Positions 45,531 to 55,357 of a DNA stretch of 64,000 bases are shown here, piece after piece (the stretch's first letter is position 1; every line of letters starts with the position of its first letter). A program made the position numbers and the translations under genes. Below the pieces are notes generated by a model that did not search any database, was not told where the DNA came from, and worked only from the letters and a program-made list of their open reading frames with translations. The stretch is from a virus, in IMG/VR virus record IMGVR_UViG_3300048091_000425; one strand, written 5' to 3'.

Positions 45531-46034
45531 ATGCGCCAATCTGATAACGAACTCAAACGCTTCAAGGTCGACGTGTTCCTCACTGTTCGCGTAGCGGTCA
45601 ATGAGATCGTCGCGAAAGGCCCGGTGCAGGCCGCACAGATCGCCAATCAGCTGGACTTCAGCGCTGCCGTGGGCCGCGTAGGCTACTCCGCCTGGTTGAA
45701 CGAGGGTGTCGGGCAACGGTTTGAAACCGGTGACGTGGATATTCAGGAGCTGGACGCCCTTTATTACGGCATCTACCCGGTTGCTGACGAAGAAGACGGC
45801 ACGGATGACCGCGTACTGGCCCTGCACGGTGATTTCAGCACGGTAAAGCCCGACGAAAACCCAGCTGACAGGCATTACGACCTGCTTAGCCAGTTGATTC
45901 AAGCCCTGGACAAAAGCGGCGAAGGCGACTTCCGCCTGGGTCGTGAACATCTTCCCCTGCTGATCGAGGCCGCGAAGGCCACGAATCAACCGCGACCATT
46001 CGACCCCCAGTGGGACGCACACCTTCCCTTCTGA
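45531..46034 (+). CDS. acidic hypothetical protein
   Basis: GGAG RBS, 167 aa. Confidence 0.72.
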   Translation: MRQSDNELKRFKVDVFLTVRVAVNEIVAKGPVQAAQIANQLDFSAAVGRVGYSAWLNEGVGQRFETGDVDIQELDALYYGIYPVADEEDGTDDRVLALHGDFSTVKPDENPADRHYDLLSQLIQALDKSGEGDFRLGREHLPLLIEAAKATNQPRPFDPQWDAHLPF

Positions 46035-46136
46035 AACGAAGGTTGTAAATTGCCGCACTACCCGGTCGGCCACCCATTTTAAAGCCAGGCCCGTGACCAA
46101 TTCGGGCCTGGTCTCCATTTTTAAGGACAAAACACC

Positions 46137-46799
46137 ATGAAAAACACCCCCACCGCACTGCAAGGCGCTCTGGCGTTCGACATTCTGACCCGCCTGGTCA
46201 AAGCCATGACCTGGGACAACAGCCAAGGCGACACGGAAATCCATCTGGAAAACGCGGCCATCATCAATGAAGCCTTCGCCCTGTGTGGCGATCAGCCTAT
46301 GTGTGTTGATCCAAAATACCTGGGCGACATGGAAACCATCTACGGCTTCCCACGGGATACAGGCTCGTTCGATCCTATGAACTCGAATGACCACTACGCC
46401 GAACGCGTAGAAGCTGGGCTACGCGAGCAGTTCCATGCCCTGCGCAAGCGTATCGCCGAGGATCGCCTGGCTCAGGAGAGCCCCAAGCTGGCCGAGGTTT
46501 ACGTAAACGTTGAGACCACGGTGCCCCGCAGCCGCCTGAACTGTGAAGACTTGCAGATCGCCGGCACCTACAAAGTCATGGTGCCCGGCGACTTTGAAGC
46601 AGCCAAGCAGGCAGCGATTGCCCTCGCCGTATTCCACGACAAGGTTGGGCTCAAAGACCCAGCGCACTTCAACCTGCAGGTCATTCAGGTGATGGAGGCT
46701 GATCCGGCCTACTCTCAGCAAGTGCTGTCGTCTCTGGGCGAATACAAGGGCGCCTTCAGCTTTCACCCAAGCTTGGAGCCGGTCGCTCGAAAGGCGTGA
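46137..46799 (+). CDS. hypothetical protein
   Basis: AAGGA RBS, 220 aa. Confidence 0.75.
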   Translation: MKNTPTALQGALAFDILTRLVKAMTWDNSQGDTEIHLENAAIINEAFALCGDQPMCVDPKYLGDMETIYGFPRDTGSFDPMNSNDHYAERVEAGLREQFHALRKRIAEDRLAQESPKLAEVYVNVETTVPRSRLNCEDLQIAGTYKVMVPGDFEAAKQAAIALAVFHDKVGLKDPAHFNLQVIQVMEADPAYSQQVLSSLGEYKGAFSFHPSLEPVARKA

Positions 46800-46836
46800 A
46801 TTAATTGAAATGTTTACTCCAAACGATAAACAACAA

Positions 46837-46864
46837 TTGACAAGTTAATCTCTAGGAGTAAACT
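46837..46864 (+). promoter_or_regulatory. promoter of ParB-like gene with motif-B variant in spacer
   Basis: TTGACA-16-TAAACT enclosing TTAATCTCTAGGAGTAAAC. Confidence 0.68.
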
Positions 46865-46896
46865 TACCCCTACACCCACCATGTAGGAAGCCGCAA

Positions 46897-48015
46897 ATGT
46901 CCGCCACCGAACAGAAGACCGCCACCGAGCCAAAGACCTACGGTCTTGAGGCCCTTCTGGCCAGCGCCGGGGCCTTGAAACCGGTCACCGAGGAAACCGT
47001 GAATGGCCTGGAGCAATTCACCAAAATCTTCAACCATGGCAGCGTCAAAGCCAGTATGGCCGGGGTCAAAAGCCGTGACCTGTGGCAGGTAGACCCGCTT
47101 ACTGTGAAGTTCCTTGAGGACTTCAACACCCGCCTGGATACGCCAGATCTTGAGGCTCACATCGAAGCCTTGACCGTGTCGATCATCGAGAACGGCTTCT
47201 ACATCGACCAGCCTGTGACCATCATGGTGATCAGGGAGGTGGTTGACGGTGTAGAGGTGGACGTCAAGTACATCACCGGTGGCCATTGCCGTACCAAGGC
47301 CAGCTTGCGTGCCATTTCCCGTGGTGCACCGCTGAAGACCATTCCAGCAGTGACCGAAGACCGTGCGACCACGATTGAAGAGCTGATCGTGAAGCTGCAC
47401 CAGAGCAACACTGGTAAGCCGTTCACCCCATACGAAGTGGGCCTGAACTGCAAACGTCTGCTGCGCTTCAATTGGGATATCCCAATGATCGCCAAGAAAA
47501 TGAACTTGAGCGTTCCGTACACCACCAACTTGATCATGCTGGTGAGCAGCCCGTTCGAGATCCGCAACGCAGTGATCTTCAACAAGATCACGGCCACCCT
47601 GGCTATCGAATTGCTGCACAAATTCGGCCCCGAGAAGGCTGTCGCAGAACTGGCAGGAATGCTGTTCCGCGCTGCAAAAGAGGGCAAAACCCGCGTCACT
47701 GGCAAGCACGGCAAAGGCGCCCAGCTGAAGAAGGCCGTGACCAAGCATGGTGGCGACCTCTACGAGGCTGCCAAGAAAATCACCTCCGACCCTCAGTTCA
47801 AACAACTGAGCGCAGAGAACCAGACCCTGCTGCAGGACTTGATGGCCAAGCTCAAGGCAGCCGAAGCCGCAGACAAGGAAAACTCGGATGACTTCATCGA
47901 TGGTGAGTCGACCCAAGTAGCCTTCATCGAAGGTCAAGCGACCCGCGTAGACGAGCCGCTGCTGATCGAAGGTCAATCGACCCGTGTGGACGAGCCGGAA
48001 CAGGCCGTAGCCTGA
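46897..48015 (+). CDS. ParB-like protein (ParB N-domain + HTH), phage/accessory type
   Basis: FNTR...IEALTVSIIENGF..QPVTI...ITGGHCRTKA, SNTGKPFTPYE, HTH IAKKMNLSVPY. Confidence 0.8.
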   Translation: MSATEQKTATEPKTYGLEALLASAGALKPVTEETVNGLEQFTKIFNHGSVKASMAGVKSRDLWQVDPLTVKFLEDFNTRLDTPDLEAHIEALTVSIIENGFYIDQPVTIMVIREVVDGVEVDVKYITGGHCRTKASLRAISRGAPLKTIPAVTEDRATTIEELIVKLHQSNTGKPFTPYEVGLNCKRLLRFNWDIPMIAKKMNLSVPYTTNLIMLVSSPFEIRNAVIFNKITATLAIELLHKFGPEKAVAELAGMLFRAAKEGKTRVTGKHGKGAQLKKAVTKHGGDLYEAAKKITSDPQFKQLSAENQTLLQDLMAKLKAAEAADKENSDDFIDGESTQVAFIEGQATRVDEPLLIEGQSTRVDEPEQAVA

Positions 48016-48085
48016 TCACCGACGATCCCGCTGCCAGTGAAAACCGGCAGCGGGGCTTCCCTCCTCCGCCCGAGCCTGAATCCCC

Positions 48086-48454
48086 ATGGTCAATGACCTT
48101 AACAACCCGGCTCCCGGCACGCTGACTGAAGAAGTGTTCAGCATGCTGATCGAGGATGCTGACATTACCAGCGAAGGGGCGATCAAAGCCCTACGCGCCC
48201 ATTTTGTTCAAGGTCTTTGCGCGAAAACCTCGTACAGCCAGCACGGCGTAAGCCGTAGTTACTTTTCGCAAAGCCTCAAGCGAATGAACAAGCGAATCGC
48301 CCGAGAGGCCAGGATGATAGCCCTGTGCGCTCCTGAGCGGGCCCAGCAAGCCAATGTCGCGAAATTGCTGACTCAGAGCCAGGCTATCGCGAGTGACCTC
48401 CATAACGCGCTCACAACTGCCGTTGCCACCACAGCCGGAGAACTTCAGTCATGA
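48086..48454 (+). CDS. PapB/FocB-like transcriptional regulator
   Basis: PGTLTEEVFSMLI...SEGAIKALRAHFVQG...HGVSRSYFSQSLKRM aligns to PapB. Confidence 0.72.
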   Translation: MVNDLNNPAPGTLTEEVFSMLIEDADITSEGAIKALRAHFVQGLCAKTSYSQHGVSRSYFSQSLKRMNKRIAREARMIALCAPERAQQANVAKLLTQSQAIASDLHNALTTAVATTAGELQS

Positions 48455-48921
48455 ACAATACCAAAGCCATCACTCCCGAGCGTGTTGCCCATATCCGTGC
48501 GCAAACGGACATGGGGTGCAAGGTTGACCCCAAATGCACGCGTGAGCTTTTGCAGGAAATCGAACGGCTGACCGCGCTGCTCCCAAAATCCGACGCCCGC
48601 CCCAATGTCGGCAGTGGGAAGGTCGAACCCGAGACGTGGCATGGCGACATGCCTGGGCCAGGCGCGAATAGTGGCCTGCTCATGACCGTCGAGGATCACA
48701 ATTTGGTGACCGCCGATCTTAAGATCAACGCGGATCGCTACAGAAAGCTCCAAAACTGGATGGCTTCCAACGTCAAAGAGGGCTGGCAGGAAGTGGAACG
48801 CATGGGCGCCATCTGCGCCAATATGTCGTTAGAAGACATGGATCACTATCTTGACGGCCTGCCAGAGTGCAATGTCGGCCTGTGCGAAACTTCCACCGCG
48901 TCGCAGCCGGAGACACTGTAA
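48451..48921 (+). CDS. phage-like hypothetical protein
   Basis: ATGA-coupled ORF. Confidence 0.7.
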   Translation: MNNTKAITPERVAHIRAQTDMGCKVDPKCTRELLQEIERLTALLPKSDARPNVGSGKVEPETWHGDMPGPGANSGLLMTVEDHNLVTADLKINADRYRKLQNWMASNVKEGWQEVERMGAICANMSLEDMDHYLDGLPECNVGLCETSTASQPETL

Positions 48922-49442
48922 TGGGCCGCAAAATACAGATCAGCGAGGAACTGGCCGAAGCGATCATCCGGGAACTTGAACGTGGCGCAGGCCCCGGCCC
49001 CAAGAATCGAGCCCAGGAGCTGCAAGCCGTTCTCGATGCCCCCGTGGTCAAACGCAAGCCTGATGCCTGGCAGCGCATGTCTCAAATGGACGGCGGACGT
49101 TGGTGGCCGCTACAGGAGGATGACGTCGAAGAAGCGATCAGCAAAGGCTGGACAGTCCGCGAGCTATTCACCGACCCCAAGCCTCCTGTTGAGCTGGCTG
49201 TTTGGAACGGCGCAATGCCTGAATCGAATGGCAAGTCTAACTTTACGATAATGCTTCACCGCAAAGAAGATCACTTCTCTGAAGGCATCACCTATGAGCG
49301 ATCCGAGTACCCCGACCGTATACGGTATGAAGCTGACCGTCTTCGCTACCTGATCGGCGAACTCGACGAAGATCCCTGCATCACCCAGTACGACGGCAAC
49401 AAGCACAGCGGGTACAAGCCATTAGCCGGCGACGAGAGCTGA
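48921..49442 (+). CDS. phage-like hypothetical protein
   Basis: TAATG coupling; WNGAMPESNGK...SEYPDRIRYEAD motif. Confidence 0.72.
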   Translation: MGRKIQISEELAEAIIRELERGAGPGPKNRAQELQAVLDAPVVKRKPDAWQRMSQMDGGRWWPLQEDDVEEAISKGWTVRELFTDPKPPVELAVWNGAMPESNGKSNFTIMLHRKEDHFSEGITYERSEYPDRIRYEADRLRYLIGELDEDPCITQYDGNKHSGYKPLAGDES

Positions 49443-49445
49443 TCA

Positions 49446-50153
49446 ATGAAAAAGGCGACAAAACTGAAAAAGGAATGCCTGGCACTCGGCGCACCGCTGA
49501 GCGACAAGGGACTTGATGACCTCAGCGTCCGCCTGACCAAGACATTCGGCACGGAAACCTATTCAGCCGGAGTGGTCAGCCTGTTCATCGTCCAGGCCCT
49601 GCGTCATCACTACGGGCTGGATCTTGAGTTTACCGAGCACCGGGCGATCATGTTCGAGAACTACGTATACAACAGCATTGCCAGCTATTGGGAATGCTGT
49701 GAACCGGATGTGCAAGACCAGTTAAACAGCAAGACGGATCACGGTTTTCTGACCCTAAGCGAAGATGAGCAGTTCGCCCTGCTACGCCGCCTTGATGGCC
49801 ACACCGTCACCGGTCGTGCTGAGCACTGGGAATACGTCGGCACACAGTTATCGGAAGAAGCCGCCCAACTGTTTGTCAGCCGCAAGCAGCATGACTACCC
49901 CAGCGGCCTGCGCTACGTGGCTCAGATGCAAACCCATAGCCCTGAGCTGGCCAGCGTCCTCAGCGGTCTCAAGTCCGGCCAACTGGCCGTTACCCCAGAT
50001 CGCGACGGCAAGCCCTACCTGACCCCGGTTAAGAGCCAGCAGCTCATCAGGCGGATACACAAGACGCTCGATGGCAATGAGTGGGACAGCGACACCGTCT
50101 CAGACGTGGCCCGCCACCTCACCCGCGTCGGGTATGTCATTCGCGACGTCTGA
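49446..50153 (+). CDS. phage-like hypothetical protein
   Basis: 235 aa; RKQHDYPSGLR motif. Confidence 0.75.
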   Translation: MKKATKLKKECLALGAPLSDKGLDDLSVRLTKTFGTETYSAGVVSLFIVQALRHHYGLDLEFTEHRAIMFENYVYNSIASYWECCEPDVQDQLNSKTDHGFLTLSEDEQFALLRRLDGHTVTGRAEHWEYVGTQLSEEAAQLFVSRKQHDYPSGLRYVAQMQTHSPELASVLSGLKSGQLAVTPDRDGKPYLTPVKSQQLIRRIHKTLDGNEWDSDTVSDVARHLTRVGYVIRDV

Positions 50154-50339
50154 TCCCCAGGCGCCAAAGCCCACCGAGGCAGAGGTCAGAGAGAAGTCGC
50201 CCCTTCCAGGCGCAGCCTGGCCTCAGCTTTGCCCAAAACAAAGCCCGTCATACTCTAGGCATTCAATGTTATTGCTAGTATACTGGCAATACAGCGCTTG
50301 TGTTTGAGAGCAACCCTCCCCCACCAAAGAGCACGCGAC

Positions 50340-50864
50340 ATGACAAAACAAAAGCCGAGCTTCCATGACCGCACCTCAGGCGAGAACCTGGCACGTTCAC
50401 CCCACAACGCTCGGGATGATCACCGCATCCGCACCGAAGACGCTGACGGGACGGTAACGCTCTCCGGCACCGCGTATGACGCAGCTCAGGCCAGTTATGC
50501 TGCGCTGTTGGCCGACCGCGACAACCTGCTATCGCTGCTCAGGACAGCCAAGGCCAGTCGTTTCGATTTCATGGCCAATGACCCGCTGCAGCGCAACATC
50601 GATGCCGCCCTGGCTCAGGAGCGAAGCAACATGTTGCTTCGGGACTTCGTCGACGGCCAGGCTATCGCAGAGACTACCCCTGACGTCGAGAGCGACGCTG
50701 ATGACGATTGGATCATGAACCCTTGCCATCAGGGGCACCGTGACGTCGGTGCCGGCATGGGGATCGCCATGTGCAACATCTGCAAAGAGAAGATCTGCCG
50801 CGAGACCACGGCAGAAGCGTACACCGAGTGGAACCGCACTCACCCCGAGGCGAAGGTCGCCTAA
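50340..50864 (+). CDS. protein with C-terminal Lar-like zinc ribbon
   Basis: NPCHQGH...MCNICKE...AYTEWNR. Confidence 0.65.
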   Translation: MTKQKPSFHDRTSGENLARSPHNARDDHRIRTEDADGTVTLSGTAYDAAQASYAALLADRDNLLSLLRTAKASRFDFMANDPLQRNIDAALAQERSNMLLRDFVDGQAIAETTPDVESDADDDWIMNPCHQGHRDVGAGMGIAMCNICKEKICRETTAEAYTEWNRTHPEAKVA

Positions 50865-51143
50865 GACACCTCACTTTTCTGCGCGGCGGCCTGGGCGGTC
50901 TGGGCCGCTTTCGCGTCGCTGCGGCCACCGCCTTTAGCCAGCTCCCGCTCGGATGTCACTTGGTTCCCGTTTTGGTGGTGTGTTCAAGAGCTCAGCCCTG
51001 GCTTTGCCAGGAAGTGTCGATCCTCTCCATATCCCCTGCCAGGAGGCTCCACCAGGTGGCCAAATGTTAGTTTTTAGCGTCAATTGATGGTAAAAAGCCA
51101 GCTTTGAGCCTATAATTGAATTTCTTCAAAAGGAGCTAAAGGC

Positions 51144-51368
51144 ATGAAAATCCTCAAGAAAGTGGTTCTCTGGGTCATGGCCGCTATCGGTTTGCTGCTC
51201 GCCCTTGCCGGCGCTTTGATCGGCTATTACATGATTCACCCAGCACCCCTGCTCAGCACGTTGGCGACCTTGCTGCTGGTCATCGGCCTGGTGAGCTTCG
51301 CCCTGGCTTTTGCCGAGGTTAAATTCGACAACCCAGGCGCTGGGATGCCGACACCCGAACGTGGCTGA
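51144..51368 (+). CDS. small two-helix membrane protein
   Basis: AAGGAG RBS, hydrophobic. Confidence 0.7.
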   Translation: MKILKKVVLWVMAAIGLLLALAGALIGYYMIHPAPLLSTLATLLLVIGLVSFALAFAEVKFDNPGAGMPTPERG

Positions 51369-51433
51369 AAGCCAGGCCTGGCCTGCATTTGGTGGCAATA
51401 GACATAACCAAAATAGTTAACATTTCATGGAAG

Positions 51434-51455
51434 TGTTATGACTATAGTGGTAATA
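51434..51455 (+). promoter_or_regulatory. motif-A palindrome
   Basis: TGTTATGACTATAGTGGTAATA. Confidence 0.75.
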
Positions 51456-51503
51456 TGCTATCAAGCGGTGAGGCCCCTCACCTGTCATTTATTGGGATAT
51501 GTC

Positions 51504-52070
51504 ATGACAATTCTTGCCGATTTCTGGACAACCAACCTCCCTGATGTTGCAGGCGCATATTTTGCCCGTCCTGTGGGTGAAACCCAGGCCTTTGCCGTGG
51601 AAGTCGCTGAGACCCCCGATGGACTGATGGTCAACTTCAATGGCTCCCCGTCTGCCCGCGATTTTGAGGACGGCTGGCTGTATGTCGTTGAGATGGATAG
51701 CGCGGAATTTGAATGGCAAGGCCCTTTGTCACCAGCTGGTGACATGACTGCCGAGCTGGAAGCCGTCCAGGCGATTACCGCATCAATCGCTTCCGGCCAA
51801 TGCTGGACAGCAGAGCATGGCGACTCCGAAGCTGCTGGCCCGATCTCATCGGCGCTGGAAGAGGCCGCAGGTCGGTTCAACGAGGAGAGCGAGGAGAACC
51901 TCAAGCTCCTGATCAAGACGGCCAGCCAGCTCCTGGCCCTGCGTGGCGCTGTTGCTGCTCTACAGGCTGCCAATCCAGGCCTCAACGGGCAGGAATGGGA
52001 TGATCTTCAGGTCTCCATGAGCAGAAGCGATTCAGCCACAGCGCTTGCTGAGACAATTCTCAACAAATAA
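51504..52070 (+). CDS. acidic hypothetical protein
   Basis: ATG 51504 downstream of motif A. Confidence 0.7.
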   Translation: MTILADFWTTNLPDVAGAYFARPVGETQAFAVEVAETPDGLMVNFNGSPSARDFEDGWLYVVEMDSAEFEWQGPLSPAGDMTAELEAVQAITASIASGQCWTAEHGDSEAAGPISSALEEAAGRFNEESEENLKLLIKTASQLLALRGAVAALQAANPGLNGQEWDDLQVSMSRSDSATALAETILNK

Positions 52071-52150
52071 CTCAGCCAGCTGTTGAGCAGCAGGTGAATA
52101 GCCCTGCTGCTACAGGCTTTTTTGTCGGAAACGTGGCATTTTGCTTGTAA

Positions 52151-52172
52151 TGTTTAGAGTATAGTAATAACA
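52151..52172 (+). promoter_or_regulatory. motif-A palindrome
   Basis: TGTTTAGAGTATAGTAATAACA. Confidence 0.75.
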
Positions 52173-52238
52173 TACTCTTAACGAACAAGCAGCCTCGGTA
52201 ACTCGCCCAGGCTCTCGCCCTTGCCATGAGGTGCCACC

Positions 52239-52517
52239 ATGACCAAATTCGAAATCGCAACGAACCTGGCGTTCTTCCTTCTGGAGAAGACCGGCTCTGT
52301 GTGCGGTACCTGGCGTGGTCGCCTGCTGGCCAAAGAACAACGCGAGCTGTTCGGCGTGTTCCTGGGCAAAGGCCGCCTGATCATCGACGGCGCGACCGAG
52401 AGCGTGCAGCACTACGTCAAGGTCTGCTTTGGCCTGGACTACGACATCACGTTCGAAGGCGGCCTGGACAAGATCGCCGCGTACTGCCCGGCTACCGCGC
52501 CGCGAAAACTGACCTAA
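52239..52517 (+). CDS. hypothetical protein
   Basis: GAGG RBS, 92 aa. Confidence 0.7.
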   Translation: MTKFEIATNLAFFLLEKTGSVCGTWRGRLLAKEQRELFGVFLGKGRLIIDGATESVQHYVKVCFGLDYDITFEGGLDKIAAYCPATAPRKLT

Positions 52518-52552
52518 CCCACGCAACCACCGATTTCAGTAGGATCCGCTTC

Positions 52553-52735
52553 ATGATCAAGATTCGTTACCTCCTCGGCGCTGTTGTTGCGCTGGCCAGC
52601 TTGCATACTGTCGCCATGCGCGTTGCCAACGCTCATGACCAGACGGCTGAAATGGAGGCGTATTGTACGCAAACGTCCAACAAGCAGATTCACTTGAACC
52701 CAGTCTGCGCGAACAGCGCTGGCGGCCACCACTGA
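52553..52735 (+). CDS. small secreted or membrane protein
   Basis: AGGA RBS, signal-like N-terminus. Confidence 0.55.
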   Translation: MIKIRYLLGAVVALASLHTVAMRVANAHDQTAEMEAYCTQTSNKQIHLNPVCANSAGGHH

Positions 52736-52751
52736 ACCAGGATGCCCTGCA

Positions 52752-52985
52752 ATGGCTGATAAAGACCCGATGCACGACCTGGTCACTGCCTACCTGACGG
52801 CTCAAGGAAAAATTGACGCCGGGATAACAGTTGATCAAATCCTCCCCCGGCCAATGAATGGCGCTTGGGATGTGAAGCTGGATCTTGGCGGATACGAATC
52901 GGCCTACGTAAGTATCTACAACAGCGAGCTACTGGCCTGGCTCTGGTCGCATGTTGCGACCCTGATACCTAATATCAAGCAGTAA
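52752..52985 (+). CDS. small hypothetical protein
   Basis: 77 aa; similar in style to 53934-54194. Confidence 0.65.
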   Translation: MADKDPMHDLVTAYLTAQGKIDAGITVDQILPRPMNGAWDVKLDLGGYESAYVSIYNSELLAWLWSHVATLIPNIKQ

Positions 52986-53017
52986 AACCAATCACACACC
53001 GTAGAGGGCTTCACGCC

Positions 53018-53365
53018 ATGGACACAACTCGCGAACAACAGTTGGAAAACGACCTTGATGCTGACTTCTCTGTTTCAGTTGAAGGGTTCAGGGCAGGCGC
53101 TGATCGGAAGCGCCTGTGCATCCGTCGTGGCAGCCATACCGAATCGGTAGTCATGTCCGATGCCGAGGCCCAGGCGGTGATGATGAGCCTGATGAGCGCG
53201 TTCCCTGGCGCCCTCAGTGAGCTGCTCGAGGCGGCCCGACCGCTGGCTGATTTGCTGTTTGACCACCACCCAGCCGGCGAGATGGTTGCCCTTCAGGTCG
53301 ACGCGGGTGATGTCACCAGGCTGAAGAATGCCGTCGGCGCAATTGACGAGGCGTTGCACGTTTAA
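53018..53365 (+). CDS. hypothetical protein
   Basis: 115-aa ORF. Confidence 0.68.
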   Translation: MDTTREQQLENDLDADFSVSVEGFRAGADRKRLCIRRGSHTESVVMSDAEAQAVMMSLMSAFPGALSELLEAARPLADLLFDHHPAGEMVALQVDAGDVTRLKNAVGAIDEALHV

Positions 53366-53431
53366 AAGCATTTTCCAAGCGACGGATTTCCCTCGAACGA
53401 CCCTCAGGCGCCTGGTGGGTCGTTTTTCTTG

Positions 53432-53457
53432 TTGATAATTAATCTCTGGCGTAATAC
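53432..53457 (+). promoter_or_regulatory. motif-B variant upstream of 53520 operon
   Basis: TTGATAATTAATCTCTGGCGTAATAC; TAAACT -10 at 53470. Confidence 0.6.
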
Positions 53458-53519
53458 AGAAGTTACGAGTAAACTACCAACATACAGCAACCCGCTTCCG
53501 CAGACAGGTAGGACTCAGC

Positions 53520-53918
53520 ATGGCGCTTAAAGTGTTTTCAGGACTGGTCAAGGTGATGGGCATTCAACGACCTACCATCGTGGCAGCCACCACCCAAAAG
53601 CGCGCCTCGGAACTCTTAGGCGTCTCCATCCGGATCATGTGCGATTACTGGGAAGTCAGTGAAGACCCGACCGAGATCGCGATGGCCACTGCCCAGCCCG
53701 AAACGGTGTTCCGGTCGTCGAAGATCCTGGCCAAGGACTTTCAGCCGGTGGTGAGCCCGATCAACACCAACAGCACCTTCTACAGCGATGGCTGGATGGA
53801 TGCTCGCCAGGGTAAGCCTGCCTCGGTTCCATCTGGCGTGCATGGAAACGAGTACATGGCCGGTTTCACCGCTGCCGGCATGGCGGCAGATGAACAACTC
53901 AATCAAGCCATCCAATAA
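53520..53918 (+). CDS. hypothetical protein with C-terminal Rmf-like motif
   Basis: FYSDGWMDARQGKP...EYMAGF. Confidence 0.7.
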   Translation: MALKVFSGLVKVMGIQRPTIVAATTQKRASELLGVSIRIMCDYWEVSEDPTEIAMATAQPETVFRSSKILAKDFQPVVSPINTNSTFYSDGWMDARQGKPASVPSGVHGNEYMAGFTAAGMAADEQLNQAIQ

Positions 53919-53933
53919 CCTGCGGAGCACCGT

Positions 53934-54194
53934 ATGAACCAGGCCGAACTCCATCAACCTGTCGACTCCTTTGGTGCTTTGCTGGTTGCCTTCCTCAAGG
54001 CGAACCGACTGCATCTCGACGGGATGGAACCACCCTCCTCGGTGACTTACTCGCGCAATGTTGACCTCGACTGCTGGGCAGTTGCGTTCCGCGACAGCTG
54101 CGATGAACCGGTGAGCGTCCAAATTGATCATGAAGATCTCTTGGGTTGGGTATGGTTGAAACTGGGCAATCTTCTCAGCCCAAGCGGGTACTGA
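53934..54194 (+). CDS. small hypothetical protein
   Basis: GGAG RBS. Confidence 0.66.
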   Translation: MNQAELHQPVDSFGALLVAFLKANRLHLDGMEPPSSVTYSRNVDLDCWAVAFRDSCDEPVSVQIDHEDLLGWVWLKLGNLLSPSGY

Positions 54195-54197
54195 GTC

Positions 54198-54521
54198 ATG
54201 GCCCAGAAGACACCAATGCCTGAGTTCTTTTATGAGCTCCAGCTCTCGGACAACCGCACAGCGGTCTGGATTCATGCCTCTGACGGCTCGACCGTGGGTC
54301 GATTTGGCCGCCAGGGCATCGATCTGCACAACACGGTGTCCGAACAAATGAAAGGCGCTTCCGAGTGCCGGCTGTGCACTCACGGCCAGCCTGGTGTCGA
54401 GGAGTGGAACTTGTTCCGGGAAAAAGCACTTGAATGGTGGGGAGTAAATGTCCCTGCCGACGCCTTTGATGAAAGTTTATTTAAGCCAGCTGCTTGTCAG
54501 GAGGAACTGACTCATGAGTAA
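54198..54521 (+). CDS. hypothetical protein
   Basis: DGSTVGRFG...IDLH...CRLCTH motif. Confidence 0.7.
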   Translation: MAQKTPMPEFFYELQLSDNRTAVWIHASDGSTVGRFGRQGIDLHNTVSEQMKGASECRLCTHGQPGVEEWNLFREKALEWWGVNVPADAFDESLFKPAACQEELTHE

Positions 54522-54717
54522 TACTGAGAAAAAGCCGGATTGCGACAAGCACGGCGTCAAACAGTTCTGCAATAACAAGGACGTAAAAACTGTTCAACTG
54601 CGCAGCCAGGTGACGGGCGGTAGCAACCGGAACGAATATAATGGCGAGGTGTTGAACATGTGCGCCGAGTGTCGCAAATGCAACACTGGCGGTTTCAAAA
54701 TCGTCAAGAAAAACTGA
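54514..54717 (+). CDS. small zinc-ribbon protein
   Basis: GAGGA RBS; CDKH, FC, CAEC. Confidence 0.62.
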   Translation: MSNTEKKPDCDKHGVKQFCNNKDVKTVQLRSQVTGGSNRNEYNGEVLNMCAECRKCNTGGFKIVKKN

Positions 54718-54759
54718 CCAGCCGCATATCGAAAAACACTTCACAACGGGAGTGAATTT

Positions 54760-55065
54760 ATGATCGACAAATTTATGTACGGCGACACTACTGTCAATGT
54801 TGCTGGTAGCTTGTATTGCGAGGTGACACTCGGCAAAAAACAAAAAACGATCCTGCAGCACACCTTCATGGCCGCCGAACCCGCCGATGAAGTGACTGTC
54901 AGTCTTAAACTACCGACGAAAGCTTCCCTGGCTGAACTTCGGATGATGGCCGCCGAGTTAGTTCGTGCCGCTGACATCATTGAAGCTGAAATCAGCAATC
55001 CCACGAAAGAGCGATTGAATACCCAGCACCTTGACTCTGGTGAAACCAAGGTCATCGAACGTTAA
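54760..55065 (+). CDS. hypothetical protein
   Basis: GGGAG RBS. Confidence 0.65.
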   Translation: MIDKFMYGDTTVNVAGSLYCEVTLGKKQKTILQHTFMAAEPADEVTVSLKLPTKASLAELRMMAAELVRAADIIEAEISNPTKERLNTQHLDSGETKVIER

Positions 55066-55161
55066 AATGCCTCAGCGCCTGGTCAATGCTTAAACAGCTT
55101 GCTCCGGGGTTTGCGCTCAAATAAAGTCTTCTCCCCGTCGTTACGCTCAAAGGTGACAAGG

Positions 55162-55347
55162 ATGAATCAACCGCAGATACACCCCGAACTCGATCTCAAC
55201 CCACCACCCACGGCTGAAGAGCGGCTTGCTCACCTGGAGCAGGTTGAGCATCACATGCATAAAATCCAGGCACTGTGTATCAAACACGGTTTTGCCTATG
55301 ACTCCACCCTGCTCGAGTTCCTCGAGTCTCGCCTGGCCGGCCAGTAA
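55162..55347 (+). CDS. small hypothetical protein
   Basis: ATG 55162, 61 aa. Confidence 0.55.
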   Translation: MNQPQIHPELDLNPPPTAEERLAHLEQVEHHMHKIQALCIKHGFAYDSTLLEFLESRLAGQ

Positions 55348-55357
55348 GGGTGTTGGT

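Noticed and set aside
45294-47976. Long minus-strand ORFs of 366 and 368 aa
   Set aside because: Antisense shadows of plus-strand genes with RBSs and recognisable motifs
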